UHGV virus genome: UHGV-0138245
Strand: one strand, 5' to 3'
Origin: a virus
DNA: 23,155 nt
Positions 1 through 8,521 of the stretch are shown here, in pieces. How positions within the stretch are numbered: the first letter of the stretch is position 1; each line of letters starts with the position of its first letter. The notes beneath the pieces are model-generated. The model was not told the origin of the DNA and did no database searches. It was given only the letters and a program-made list of their open reading frames with translations. Position numbers and translations under genes: made by a program.

Positions 1-1055
1 AAACCAAGGTATGCGAGAAGGCCAGCTACATCCTTTCCACTCAAATTAGTCAGCGTATTGTCCAGCGGTTGTTTACCTGCCAGCGCATTAAGCATTGTCG
101 TGGCAAAGTTCGGATCATTCCCCAGTGCCGCCGCCAGTTCGTTCAGCGTATCCAGTGCCGCAGGTGCAGAACCCACCATTGCTGCAATTGCCGATTTCAC
201 AAAAGCGGTAGTGGCAATCTGTGTATTGTTGACCGACTGCGCCGCCGTGGGAGCTGTTGGCGTTCCGGTGAGTGCCGGACTCGATAGCGGCGCTTTCAGT
301 GCCAGCGCATTGTTAATGGTGGTACTGAATTTCGGATCATTGTTAATGGCTACGGCTATTTCTTTCAGCGTGTCCAGCGTGGCTGGCGCACCATTAATAA
401 GAGCCGTCAGTGCCGCCTGAACAAATGCGGTGGTCGCAACCTGCGTGGTATTATTCCCCGCCGCTGGCGTTGGCGCTTTGGGGGTTCCGGTAAACGTTGG
501 ACTTTCTTTGGGTGCATACTGTGAATGTGGGTCCGCTGCGGCAAGGTGTTTTGCCATTTGGTCATCCACATACACCTTCAGCTCCAGTGTCTTATCATCC
601 ACATACTTGCGAGTTGCCAGTACTACAGCAGGGTCGATTTTCAGGGTGATATTGTCCGTACTGCTGGTAATCAGCACCATGCGCACGGTCTGGGTGCGCC
701 CGCTGCCTTCAGCCAGTTGCGGCTTATAGCTTTCCGGGCAGTTGCCCACGGCAATCAATGCCCCGGACTCATCAAACAGGCCCACTTCACGTATCCACCA
801 ACCGCCCTCGTTTTCAGGGATCACCTGTTCAGCAATAATCTGGCTGCTGTTCTGCGGGTCGATGTACAGCATATTCAGCGCAGCCCGGCGTTTCTCATTT
901 ACTAATGCTGTCTGCTTTGCGTCCGGCGTTGGCAATGTTCCGCCGCCATCGCCTACCGCCATATGGATAATTTTTAAAGGCATACCGAGCGCGGCGGCGC
1001 TGGCAAGTTTCGCCGCGCCAATATCCGTCAGCAGGGTATAAAATTTTGTGCTCAT
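1..1055 (-). CDS. Tail fibre protein (P2 gpH-like), N-terminal part only; C-terminus beyond window start
   Basis: Reverse-strand translation from the ATG at 1055 reads MSTKFYTLLTDIGAAKLASAAALGMPLKIIHMAVGDGGG..., resembling the P2 gpH N-terminus. Start overlaps the gpI stop (ATGA). Not in the ORF track because no stop falls within the window. Confidence 0.8.
   Translation of the reverse strand, partial: MSTKFYTLLTDIGAAKLASAAALGMPLKIIHMAVGDGGGTLPTPDAKQTALVNEKRRAALNMLYIDPQNSSQIIAEQVIPENEGGWWIREVGLFDESGALIAVGNCPESYKPQLAEGSGRTQTVRMVLITSSTDNITLKIDPAVVLATRKYVDDKTLELKVYVDDQMAKHLAAADPHSQYAPKESPTFTGTPKAPTPAAGNNTTQVATTAFVQAALTALINGAPATLDTLKEIAVAINNDPKFSTTINNALALKAPLSSPALTGTPTAPTAAQSVNNTQIATTAFVKSAIAAMVGSAPAALDTLNELAAALGNDPNFATTMLNALAGKQPLDNTLTNLSGKDVAGLLAYLG
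60..510 (-). repeat. Tandem ~225-nt (~75-aa) repeats inside the tail fibre gene
   Basis: - strand translation repeats the block TTAFVxxA...AP(A)xLDTLxExAxAxxNDPxFxTTxxNALAxK twice; the same repeat is visible in the DNA. Coordinates approximate. Confidence 0.5.
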
Positions 1056-1657
1056 GGATTCACTCTCATTGTGTCAATAACATGGACCGCCCCGCCTTCA
1101 TGCGCGGTGCCGCCAGAAATAATTGTTTCGTTGATATACGGATAGATCGTGATTTCTTCGCCAAGATAGCTTGCAGCCCCCACCCAATATGGACCGCTGG
1201 TCTGCAGGTTGATGGACATGCCGATCATGTGGCGGCTACATGGTTTGGCATCGCTTATCAGTCGCTCAAGTTCCAGATAGGTATCTTCAGTGATGCCCTG
1301 GTCCTGCACGCCGATATCCAGACGAAACGTGCCCGGTGTTTCTCCGGTATGCCACCACTCAATAATGCGGATCAGAAAGCCGAACGGCTCCACCACCCGC
1401 CGCACGGCACTGGTGGTCCCTTTATGCTGATGAATATAAAAAGCATCCTTCACCACCTGGCGCTTGACGCTTTCTGTCCAGCTCTCGTCCCAGCGATCCA
1501 CAGAGAACGCCCAGGCGAGATAAGGCAGGAAACTGACCGGACAGGTTGCCGGATTCCACAAGTCACGCAGCGGCACCTGCAGATCAGTAATCCCGCTGCA
1601 GGTTTGCGCCAGTCGGCGCTCCAGTGAAGTTGAACCCGGTGGCAGCAGACTATTCAT
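1052..1657 (-). CDS. Baseplate protein (P2 gpI-like)
   Basis: 201-aa ORF containing LWNPATCP...LPYLAWAFSVDRWDESW, similar to P2 gpI; sits between gpJ and gpH as in P2. Confidence 0.8.
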   Translation of the reverse strand: MNSLLPPGSTSLERRLAQTCSGITDLQVPLRDLWNPATCPVSFLPYLAWAFSVDRWDESWTESVKRQVVKDAFYIHQHKGTTSAVRRVVEPFGFLIRIIEWWHTGETPGTFRLDIGVQDQGITEDTYLELERLISDAKPCSRHMIGMSINLQTSGPYWVGAASYLGEEITIYPYINETIISGGTAHEGGAVHVIDTMRVNP

Positions 1658-2558
1658 CCGTTCCTCCGTTGGTTACGCTCCACTGCGTACATGATGCCGC
1701 CTGTGTTTTGTTCAGGACCACATCCGCCAGCGGCGAAGCCAGCTCCACACGCTGCACACCCTCAACATGCAGGGCGGCAAAGATGGCGCTACGGCGAATA
1801 TCCCGGCCAAGACGCGTCTGACTGGCGATGTACTTCTGCAGACTGGCTTTTGCCGCTGCCATTACCGGCTCTGCTTCCGGTCCCGGATAGAGAAAAATGG
1901 TGGCTTCCACGCGGTACGGGATGATTTCTGCGCTGCGAACCGTCAGACGGTCAGCCACCGGGCGGACGTTCTCACTGTTCAGGGCTTTCTCCACCACATC
2001 CAGCAAGTCTTTTTCTGCTGTTCCATCGCCTTCGCGGCTAAGGACAGTCAGCACCACCTCTGCAGGTGCTGGACTGGTTGCACTGGCATCCGCCACCCGA
2101 CCGTCGGCGCTTCGGGCATGAAATTCATAAGCTGCGGTTGGCCCCGCAACTGAAAGCCCCTCAAAGGCTGCAGGCACACGCAGGCGTAACGCTTCATCGC
2201 TTTCCATCACAGCCGCAACGGGCGGTGCAGCGTCATTATCAGCAGGCGTCACCGTCAGGCGTTTCACGTTGTAGTTGGCAGCGAGCTGGTCAAGATCGCT
2301 GCCCATCGCGTAAGCCACCATCACAGCCTGCGCGGCTTCGTTAATGCGCTGGCGCAGAAGCAACTCACGGTAAGCGTTCTCCTGCAGCAATTTGGTGACG
2401 GGTTCAGATTCCAGTTCCAGCGTGCGGATCACTGCTTCCTGCTCATCTTTCGGATGAAGCGCCACAAATTCGGCCTTGCGTTCGGCAAGCAGCGTCTCAA
2501 AGTCCGGCACATCCACAATCTGCGGCGCAGGCAACTGCGAAAGGTCAATCACCGCCAT
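1650..2558 (-). CDS. Baseplate assembly protein (P2 gpJ-like)
   Basis: Track ORF 1650..2597 begins at a GTG; the first ATG (MAVIDLSQLPAP...) at 2558 gives 302 aa, the P2 gpJ size, and overlaps the gpW stop. Confidence 0.8.
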   Translation of the reverse strand: MAVIDLSQLPAPQIVDVPDFETLLAERKAEFVALHPKDEQEAVIRTLELESEPVTKLLQENAYRELLLRQRINEAAQAVMVAYAMGSDLDQLAANYNVKRLTVTPADNDAAPPVAAVMESDEALRLRVPAAFEGLSVAGPTAAYEFHARSADGRVADASATSPAPAEVVLTVLSREGDGTAEKDLLDVVEKALNSENVRPVADRLTVRSAEIIPYRVEATIFLYPGPEAEPVMAAAKASLQKYIASQTRLGRDIRRSAIFAALHVEGVQRVELASPLADVVLNKTQAASCTQWSVTNGGTDE

Positions 2559-2904
2559 TCTCTGCTCCTGTTGATACGGAAAGGGAAACAGGCACACCGT
2601 TATTACGCCGCCCGCTCAGCGCCACCACCATTGAACCGTCAAAATTGCTGTTGATGGTGATGGAATCCAGCGTCATCCGTGGCTCCCAGCGACTCAGCGC
2701 CACATACACTGCCGACATGACCTGCAGGCGTAATGCCGGATTTTGTGGCTGGTCTATTAGCGACGACAGCAGGGAACCATATTCACGACGAGCAATGCGG
2801 CTACCCTGCGGCGTCAGCAGAATGTCCCGCACCGACTGACGCAGATGGTCAATATCAGTAATGACTTTGCCGCTGGTATTGTTCATCCCGCTATAAAGCG
2901 TCAT
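2545..2904 (-). CDS. Baseplate wedge protein (P2 gpW / T4 gp25-like)
   Basis: 119-aa ORF, MTLYSG...DIDHLRQSVRDILLTPQGSRIARREYGSL..., gpW/gp25 family pattern; sits between V and J. Confidence 0.8.
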   Translation of the reverse strand: MTLYSGMNNTSGKVITDIDHLRQSVRDILLTPQGSRIARREYGSLLSSLIDQPQNPALRLQVMSAVYVALSRWEPRMTLDSITINSNFDGSMVVALSGRRNNGVPVSLSVSTGAENGGD

Positions 2905-3479
2905 ACCGGGCCTCCGGTTGTATCGCCGCCTTTCAGGACGCCAGTATGCTGATGCGCATCAACCACGATCCCGTTAGAACTCATCGCTCCGCCGCCCTGG
3001 GTAACGCCACCATTGATCACCACTTCGCTGTTAATGCGCGTGCGGTCAGCCTCCAGTACAAACTCACTGGTTTTCATGGTGATGTTGTCAGCGGCCTCAA
3101 TGACCATTGATTTGATGCCCCTGACATACCAGCGCCCGGTGGCGGGTTCGTATTCAAACCAGCCACCGTCAGGATGTTCTGTCACGCAGGCGTCTGCCGA
3201 CGTCGACGGTGGTGCGAACTGATTCGAATAGATGGCGGGTAACGCAAAGGCGGTTTCCAGATTGCCGCCCAGACTCAGCAGCACCACCTGCTCACCTTCC
3301 GATGGTCGCCACCATGTGCGGGCATTCCCGGCACGCAGCGTCAGCCAGCTGATCCAGTTGGTTTCAAGCTCGCCCGTTTTCACCCGGCAAAGCCAGTTTT
3401 CCCTGTCCACTTCGGTGACTACCCCTGTGCGGATCAGGTTGGTGATAAGGCGCATGATTTCGGTTAATTGTGCGTTCAT
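2901..3479 (-). CDS. Baseplate spike/assembly protein (P2 gpV-like)
   Basis: 192-aa ORF with the gpV-like N-terminus MNAQLTEIMRLITNLIRTGVVTEVD...; late-promoter dyad 46 bp upstream. Confidence 0.8.
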   Translation of the reverse strand: MNAQLTEIMRLITNLIRTGVVTEVDRENWLCRVKTGELETNWISWLTLRAGNARTWWRPSEGEQVVLLSLGGNLETAFALPAIYSNQFAPPSTSADACVTEHPDGGWFEYEPATGRWYVRGIKSMVIEAADNITMKTSEFVLEADRTRINSEVVINGGVTQGGGAMSSNGIVVDAHQHTGVLKGGDTTGGPV

Positions 3480-3525
3480 AGGGAAAGGTTGCCATCAGGG
3501 GAAGAAAGGCGGCAGTGCTGCAACT

Positions 3526-3543
3526 TGTATCAGTGCTGATACA
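3526..3543 (-). promoter_or_regulatory. Late-promoter activator site (TGT-N12-ACA dyad) upstream of V
   Basis: TGTATCAGTGCTGATACA lies inside the 9-bp inverted repeat TTGTATCAG/CTGATACAA, 46 bp before the V start codon; this is the geometry of Ogr/B-dependent P2-family late promoters. Confidence 0.55.
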
Positions 3544-3547
3544 AAGA

Positions 3548-3994
3548 TCACCCCGCCAGCCATTGCAGAATCATGTCGCGGGTCATTGCCTCAACATCAT
3601 CATTTACACCCAGCAGGCGGCGCTCTGCGTAACGGACCTCCGGTCCTTTGCGACTGACGCGATCACGCAGGCCGTAATGGTGAACACGGGCAATACGCTG
3701 CACCTTGCCTTCAAACTGTACGCTGGCAGAGTCGGCGCTGGCGGCAGTTTTCAGGTATTTTGTGGTGCGCAGCTTTGCAAACATCTGACGTTTGATGCGC
3801 CCCTTTTTACTGCGTGCTGTTACCCGTCGAGGTTCATAACTGCTGCCATCTGGATTGCGCTGCATTCTGATATTCTGCTGCTGTGTCCGGCGCAGTTCCT
3901 GCGCCAGCTGGCGCATCATGCGGCTTCTTGCGGCTGGTTCCAGATTCGCCAGCAAAGCACTCAGCCAGTCGTCCACCTTCTGCAGTTCAGCCAC
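3548..3994 (-). CDS. Tail completion protein (P2 gpS-like)
   Basis: 148-aa ORF MAELQKVDDWLSALLANLEPAARSRMMRQLAQELRR..., virion morphogenesis/gpS family; R-S order as in P2. Confidence 0.75.
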   Translation of the reverse strand: MAELQKVDDWLSALLANLEPAARSRMMRQLAQELRRTQQQNIRMQRNPDGSSYEPRRVTARSKKGRIKRQMFAKLRTTKYLKTAASADSASVQFEGKVQRIARVHHYGLRDRVSRKGPEVRYAERRLLGVNDDVEAMTRDMILQWLAG

Positions 3995-4439
3995 GTTTCA
4001 CCGTCCACATTTCTTCAGGTTCATCGGGTTCCGCTACAGCTTCAACACTCGACACACTGCCGTCAGTGCTGACCAGCACACGCTCCGTCAGTTGCAGGTT
4101 AAGGCTGATATCACAGACATCGTTGCGCAAAATATCCACCTCAAAGGTGAATAGTTTTTCCCGTAACGCCGGGTTATTGATGGCATCGGGCTGGTTATCA
4201 CGCAGCCACAGCAAAACCGGGGCCATCAGCAGATTCTGGTCGCCGCTGAAATCCTCAATCACCACGTTCAGGGTGTAACGGTACTCCCATGACATAGAGC
4301 TGGCCCCCGTAGCAACCAGCGAACCGTTATCCACAAACAGATGCAGTTTGTCCGGGTTATTGCGGACATAAGGCACCGCTTTATTGAGGGCGTGGCGCAG
4401 GGATTGTGGTTTGTTCACTGTTTCGCTCCTGACACGCAA
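3987..4439 (-). CDS. Tail completion protein (P2 gpR-like)
   Basis: 150-aa ORF directly upstream of S, overlapping its start; position and size match P2 gpR. Confidence 0.7.
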   Translation of the reverse strand: MRVRSETVNKPQSLRHALNKAVPYVRNNPDKLHLFVDNGSLVATGASSMSWEYRYTLNVVIEDFSGDQNLLMAPVLLWLRDNQPDAINNPALREKLFTFEVDILRNDVCDISLNLQLTERVLVSTDGSVSSVEAVAEPDEPEEMWTVKRG

Positions 4440-4671
4440 TAATCATGTCCACTTTGTCTGCACAGACCGCCCAGGCGGCCTCCGTTTCATCCAGCAACGC
4501 GTTCAGGTCACCGTTAGTGCGCGGCGCTGCCTGCCCCAGCCGACACGGCGTCACTCGCGGACAACCACTGACGGTAAGCTGCACCTCCGGTGAGTGTGGG
4601 GCGTTCCCGCAGCCGGATAATATCAGCAGGCAAAGGAGTATCAGCCCAGCGGCGTAAATCCTCGTTCTCAC
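4381..4671 (-). CDS. Outer-membrane spanin lipoprotein (LysC/Rz1-like), nested in LysB in another frame
   Basis: 96-aa ORF with signal peptide and lipobox (LLILSGC), embedded out of frame in the LysB gene and running into R, as for P2 lysC. Confidence 0.6.
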   Translation of the reverse strand: MRTRIYAAGLILLCLLILSGCGNAPHSPEVQLTVSGCPRVTPCRLGQAAPRTNGDLNALLDETEAAWAVCADKVDMIIACQERNSEQTTIPAPRPQ

Positions 4672-4942
4672 GTTTCAGTTCCTCAATCCGGTGTTGTCGT
4701 TGTCTCAGTAGTGCGCTGGTCTGTTCTGCGTCGGCATAGAGTCGCGCCTGCTCCCGGTTGTTGGTTTCTGTCAGAATGGACAGGCTGATAAGCTGGCTGT
4801 TGCTCTTTGCCAGTGCCTGGCTTTTGCTCCGAAGCTCATCTGCCTGCGTGCTGATGGTCTGGCTGGCATCAGCCAGCCGCCACGTCTGCCAGCCCAGCGC
4901 CGCCAGTAATAACGCCAGCACAACCAGCAGCAACCGGTTCAT
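4514..4942 (-). CDS. Inner-membrane spanin (LysB/Rz-like)
   Basis: 142-aa ORF with N-terminal transmembrane helix (LLLVVLALLLAALGW) then a charged, coiled-coil-like region; start overlaps the LysA stop. Confidence 0.7.
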   Translation of the reverse strand: MNRLLLVVLALLLAALGWQTWRLADASQTISTQADELRSKSQALAKSNSQLISLSILTETNNREQARLYADAEQTSALLRQRQHRIEELKRENEDLRRWADTPLPADIIRLRERPTLTGGAAYRQWLSASDAVSAGAGSAAH

Positions 4943-5316
4943 GCTGCTACCTGTTGTGCCATCTGATTACGGGTGATCCAGAAGGCAATAACGGTCAGTA
5001 GATAAAAGACCAGGGTAATAGCCCATCCCGTCCAGGCGAGACTGACGACAATCAGCAATCGCATCATCCAGCTGATAAATACGTTTTCTTTTCGGGTAAT
5101 TGTCTTCAGCAAAGATGCCCTCAACTCCTGCCAGAGCGGGCCGTTCTTAATTAACGCAGCCAGTGATACCGGAATTACTGCCCATGTCAGCAGACAGGCT
5201 ACCCAGACACCAGATGCGGCCAGTACCGGAAAAATCCCCTGCGGATACACCATTGCGGCGATTAACAGCGCTATCCATAACATCAGAAACAGCCCGCTGA
5301 TTACTTTCTTTTTCAT
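4939..5316 (-). CDS. LysA-like lysis-timing membrane protein
   Basis: Track ORF 4939..5388; the internal ATG at 5316 (MKKKVISGLFLMLWIALLIAAMVY...) has a GGGAG Shine-Dalgarno and overlaps the endolysin stop; several transmembrane helices. Confidence 0.55.
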   Translation of the reverse strand: MKKKVISGLFLMLWIALLIAAMVYPQGIFPVLAASGVWVACLLTWAVIPVSLAALIKNGPLWQELRASLLKTITRKENVFISWMMRLLIVVSLAWTGWAITLVFYLLTVIAFWITRNQMAQQVAA

Positions 5317-5317
5317 T

Positions 5318-5830
5318 TCAGTTTGCTCCCTGTAAGCACCAGGCCATCTCCCGCGCACGGCGGTTATCCAGCCCCTGATTAAACACACCTTTTACATACA
5401 CCCAGCGCGGCAACTGTCGGCACGCATCCGCCCAGCGCCGCTGATTGAGCAATTTCACCAGCGTGGAACTGCAGGCATTGCCCGTACCCACGTTGAAGGC
5501 AAACGACACCACAGCGTCATACACCTTCTGCGGCGGCTGTTGCTTCACACACCTTTCCAGGGCCCGCTCCACACGCAGCACGTTGGAGATCAGCCCTTCT
5601 GCTGCCTGTCGCTCCGTAATGGTTTTGCCTGGAATGACGCCAGATGTATTACCAATGCCGTCGGTCCAGACACCCGCGCTGCACTGATACGGCTGCAGAC
5701 GACAGCCTTCGTAATCGGCAATCAGTTTCAGCCCCTCCACGGAGGTGTGAAGCTGCTGAAATCCCGGCAGCGTGGCAGCAATAGCCAGCACGGCCCCGAC
5801 AAGACAGCGTTTAACGATTGATGGATTCAT
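5318..5830 (-). CDS. SAR (signal-anchor-release) endolysin, T4-lysozyme-like
   Basis: 170-aa ORF; N-terminal weakly hydrophobic Gly/Ala-rich helix (KRCLVGAVLAIAATLPGF) followed by EGCRLQPYQCSAGVWT, i.e. the E-x8-(D/C)-x5-T catalytic pattern. Confidence 0.8.
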   Translation of the reverse strand: MNPSIVKRCLVGAVLAIAATLPGFQQLHTSVEGLKLIADYEGCRLQPYQCSAGVWTDGIGNTSGVIPGKTITERQAAEGLISNVLRVERALERCVKQQPPQKVYDAVVSFAFNVGTGNACSSTLVKLLNQRRWADACRQLPRWVYVKGVFNQGLDNRRAREMAWCLQGAN

Positions 5831-6026
5831 AGTCCTCCCGCGAGATCTGCCCGTCGCGTAGAAGCTGGTAGGCTTTGTGTTTGTAGTACCAGTTGATAGC
5901 CAGCATCAGCACACCAATCATCAGGCCGCCCAGCGTTGAGGCATCCTTGATGGACAAATCGCCCAGCCAGGCCAGCACAACGGCGATGCAGTACGTGATA
6001 AAGGCGCTGATTCGCTCAAGCGTCAT
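5811..6026 (-). CDS. Holin (small two-helix type, probable pinholin)
   Basis: 71-aa protein with two hydrophobic helices and a charged C-terminus, immediately upstream of and overlapping the SAR endolysin. Confidence 0.65.
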   Translation of the reverse strand: MTLERISAFITYCIAVVLAWLGDLSIKDASTLGGLMIGVLMLAINWYYKHKAYQLLRDGQISREDYESINR

Positions 6027-6029
6027 AAT

Positions 6030-6233
6030 TCAGTCCCATAGCTGGACGGTTTGCACGGTGGTGGTGGTCGGAATGTCCGGCAGCTCCACCTGCAGCCCGT
6101 GAGGTAAAAAGGGGCCATATTCGGCAAGCCCCGGATTTGCCTTCAGTACCTGCTCCGTGACACCCTGCGTGCGCCCGTAATGACGCCAGCAAAGCGCGTC
6201 CACCGTGTCATACTGATGCGCACGCACTTTCAT
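6030..6233 (-). CDS. Tail protein X (P2 gpX-like)
   Basis: 67-aa ORF between L and the holin, same size and position as P2 gpX. Confidence 0.7.
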   Translation of the reverse strand: MKVRAHQYDTVDALCWRHYGRTQGVTEQVLKANPGLAEYGPFLPHGLQVELPDIPTTTTVQTVQLWD

Positions 6234-6697
6234 CAGATAAGCTCCACTGTGCAGTGCGGCGCATCCTGCACCCGGCTGATGGCCCAGCGGGCGTCACGCC
6301 ACAAATCACCGCTGGATTCCGCCAGTTCCTCGCCTCGCTTCACACCGGATGCCGTGGCGTCATAGTCCTGGTATCGTTCGTTGAGCATGGCGCGTGCCCA
6401 GCAGTAAACCGCGTTGAAATAGTGCTGAATGCGCTCACTTTTGCCGTCCAGCTGTTCCGCCGGAACCTCAGCCAGCGACACATACCCCAGCATCTGCTGG
6501 CGTCTGCGAAACTCATACAGCTCTGCGTTGACCTCCGAAATTGCCGACAGCGCAACCTGCTTTAAGCGCGGCTGCGTCACCGTGCCGTCAGTGCGCATGA
6601 CACTGCGAAACTCCGACAGGTCCACATCAGGCCAGAACGGCGTATTTCTGATGATTTCCGCCTGTTCCGGTGCCTGTTCTGGCGCAACAAACTTCAT
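6233..6697 (-). CDS. Head completion/stabilisation protein (P2 gpL-like)
   Basis: Track ORF starts at a GTG (6760); the ATG at 6697 (MKFVAPEQ...) has an AGGAG Shine-Dalgarno. Contains gpL-like NTPFWPDVD and ELYEFRRRQ motifs. Confidence 0.75.
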   Translation of the reverse strand: MKFVAPEQAPEQAEIIRNTPFWPDVDLSEFRSVMRTDGTVTQPRLKQVALSAISEVNAELYEFRRRQQMLGYVSLAEVPAEQLDGKSERIQHYFNAVYCWARAMLNERYQDYDATASGVKRGEELAESSGDLWRDARWAISRVQDAPHCTVELI

Positions 6698-6792
6698 GCT
6701 GCTTTCTCCTGAAATAGAGGGCGGTGGACGGGGTTTTGATGTGGCAGCGCCTTTCGCCACCCCGTGCCGCCCGTGCGCGGGGGCACGTTCTG

Positions 6793-7443
6793 TCAGCGGC
6801 TGTCATTGCGCAGTCTGCGCTCCAGCTGCTGTTTGTCTTTTTTCACGCCACAGCGGGGATCGAGCTGTAACGCATGGTTGAGATGATTAAGGGCGGAAGC
6901 CGGATTAGTTTCACTCAGGACAACGCCAATCGCTTTATGCAGACGCGCCCGTGACTGGTCCGGCATATCCAGACCGTCTGTCAGCTCCAGCGTCTGCAGC
7001 AACAGATCGACATCAAAGCCGGTGGCGGCAAGCATTGCGCTCTGCGCAGCGTCTGCCATTTCCTCTGCCAGCACGGTCTGCACATTGCGATTACCCAGCG
7101 GCATCACCCAGCCATGACGCAGGGCATGACGCCCGATCTGCAGCGCCCCGGCATAATCTCCGGCATCAATGCGCCACAGCATCACGTACATCAGCACGTC
7201 ATCCTGTTGAGCGCCTCCGGCAGCCAGGACACCCTCCGCCCAGGCGGCGTATTTCGGCAGCAGTTCCACCTTGATTTCCGCTTTTTTGACCGTGGACTGA
7301 ACGCCCTTGAGACGGCGGCGGTCTTCCGCCAGTTGCAGCAGCATCAGGTCATAGCCCGACGCGTGGCGAACGCTGCCGCCCTCACGGGCGGCCTGTTCAG
7401 CCTGAACGCGCAGGCGATGCTGCCGTGCGGGACTCAGGCTCAT
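6793..7443 (-). CDS. Terminase small/endonuclease subunit (P2 gpM-like)
   Basis: 216-aa ORF between N and L, the gpM position in the O-N-M-L order. Confidence 0.75.
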   Translation of the reverse strand: MSLSPARQHRLRVQAEQAAREGGSVRHASGYDLMLLQLAEDRRRLKGVQSTVKKAEIKVELLPKYAAWAEGVLAAGGAQQDDVLMYVMLWRIDAGDYAGALQIGRHALRHGWVMPLGNRNVQTVLAEEMADAAQSAMLAATGFDVDLLLQTLELTDGLDMPDQSRARLHKAIGVVLSETNPASALNHLNHALQLDPRCGVKKDKQQLERRLRNDSR

Positions 7444-7446
7444 GGG

Positions 7447-8505
7447 TTACGCTCCGGCTTCTGCTGCGGCGGCGCTGAAATCGCCAATCTGGATGTTTTC
7501 CACCAGCGCAGCGCAGCGGTAGTCCTCAACCACATAGGCTTCGTTAACAGATTCAAAGTTTTCAATCCGGTCACGTTTCGGGTTGTCGATAACTGAACGG
7601 CGGCGGGTGTCTTCCTGCCAGTAGATGGACAGGTTATCCAGACGGGTGATCAGCAGCGCATTCGGCGGGAAGAACGGCGCACGCACGGCCTGCAGACCGC
7701 CCATGCGTTTCTGACTGATAATCATATCGGCTGCCAGTTTTTCACTGTTTTCCTGCTCTTTGTTGACCAGCGGGAAATACTTGTCAGACAGCAGTTCACG
7801 ACCGCAAATCACCACCAGATCGTCATCATCCTGGTAGACCACGTCGATAAGCTCATTGACCGCATCCATCACTACAGCGTCCAGGTTGGCATATTCGCCA
7901 CCTTTCCCGACTTTCACCGCACCCGGTGTGGTTTCGCCGCCCGTGGTGGTGCTGCCCATGACGTGATCCGGTGCATCCTCACGGATTTTCTGCAGCCAGC
8001 CTTTGTTCACATCCTGCAGCAGCGGGTTTTCACTACGGTTGGAGGTTTTCGCACGCTTCACGCCGTTAAAGCCGATCATGATGCGGTCCAGTGCCTGACG
8101 TTTCACGATGGCGTCACGGATACGCACCTGGAAATCCTGAAACTTCGCCCACAGGTCCAGCTTCGCGTAGGTCAGCACCGTGTCAAAGTTGGTCTGCTCG
8201 CATTTATATTCCACATCGACCATCAGCGTCGGATCGACAGGTTCACGCTCTTTCGCGGTGGTGTCAGTGGTTCCGGCAATGGTGCTGCCAACACCCAGCC
8301 CCAGCAACTGACCGGACTGCTCAGTCACTGGCGTGACGTTAATCAGCGTCAGGAAGGCGGCGGACTGCTGGATCTGGTCTTCCAGCGTCTGCTGCACAGA
8401 CGGCTCCACAGTGAATTTGCTGGACAGTTCTTCAACTGCCACACCGTTCAGACGCGCCAGCTGCTGCAGGTAAGCGTTAAAAGCAAAGCGGGTATTCTTC
8501 TTCAT
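7447..8505 (-). CDS. Major capsid protein (P2 gpN-like)
   Basis: 352-aa ORF MKKNTRFAFNAYLQQLARLNGVAVEELSSKFTVEPSVQQTLEDQIQQS..., a pattern close to P2 gpN. Confidence 0.9.
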   Translation of the reverse strand: MKKNTRFAFNAYLQQLARLNGVAVEELSSKFTVEPSVQQTLEDQIQQSAAFLTLINVTPVTEQSGQLLGLGVGSTIAGTTDTTAKEREPVDPTLMVDVEYKCEQTNFDTVLTYAKLDLWAKFQDFQVRIRDAIVKRQALDRIMIGFNGVKRAKTSNRSENPLLQDVNKGWLQKIREDAPDHVMGSTTTGGETTPGAVKVGKGGEYANLDAVVMDAVNELIDVVYQDDDDLVVICGRELLSDKYFPLVNKEQENSEKLAADMIISQKRMGGLQAVRAPFFPPNALLITRLDNLSIYWQEDTRRRSVIDNPKRDRIENFESVNEAYVVEDYRCAALVENIQIGDFSAAAAEAGA

Positions 8506-8521
8506 CGGGTTTTGTGCTCCA

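Noticed and set aside
58-1041. Several + strand ORFs (120, 72, 99, 126, 99 aa) at the window start
   Set aside because: They lie antisense to the tail fibre gene, whose - strand frame is continuous and homologous to P2 gpH; the + strand ORFs are low-complexity shadows of the repeats.
1046-4278. + strand ORFs (for example 1046..1627, 3232..3657, 3515..4072, 3883..4278) across the baseplate and tail-completion genes
   Set aside because: Antisense to - strand genes with clear P2 homology and coupled start/stop overlaps; no ribosome-binding sites or homology noticed.
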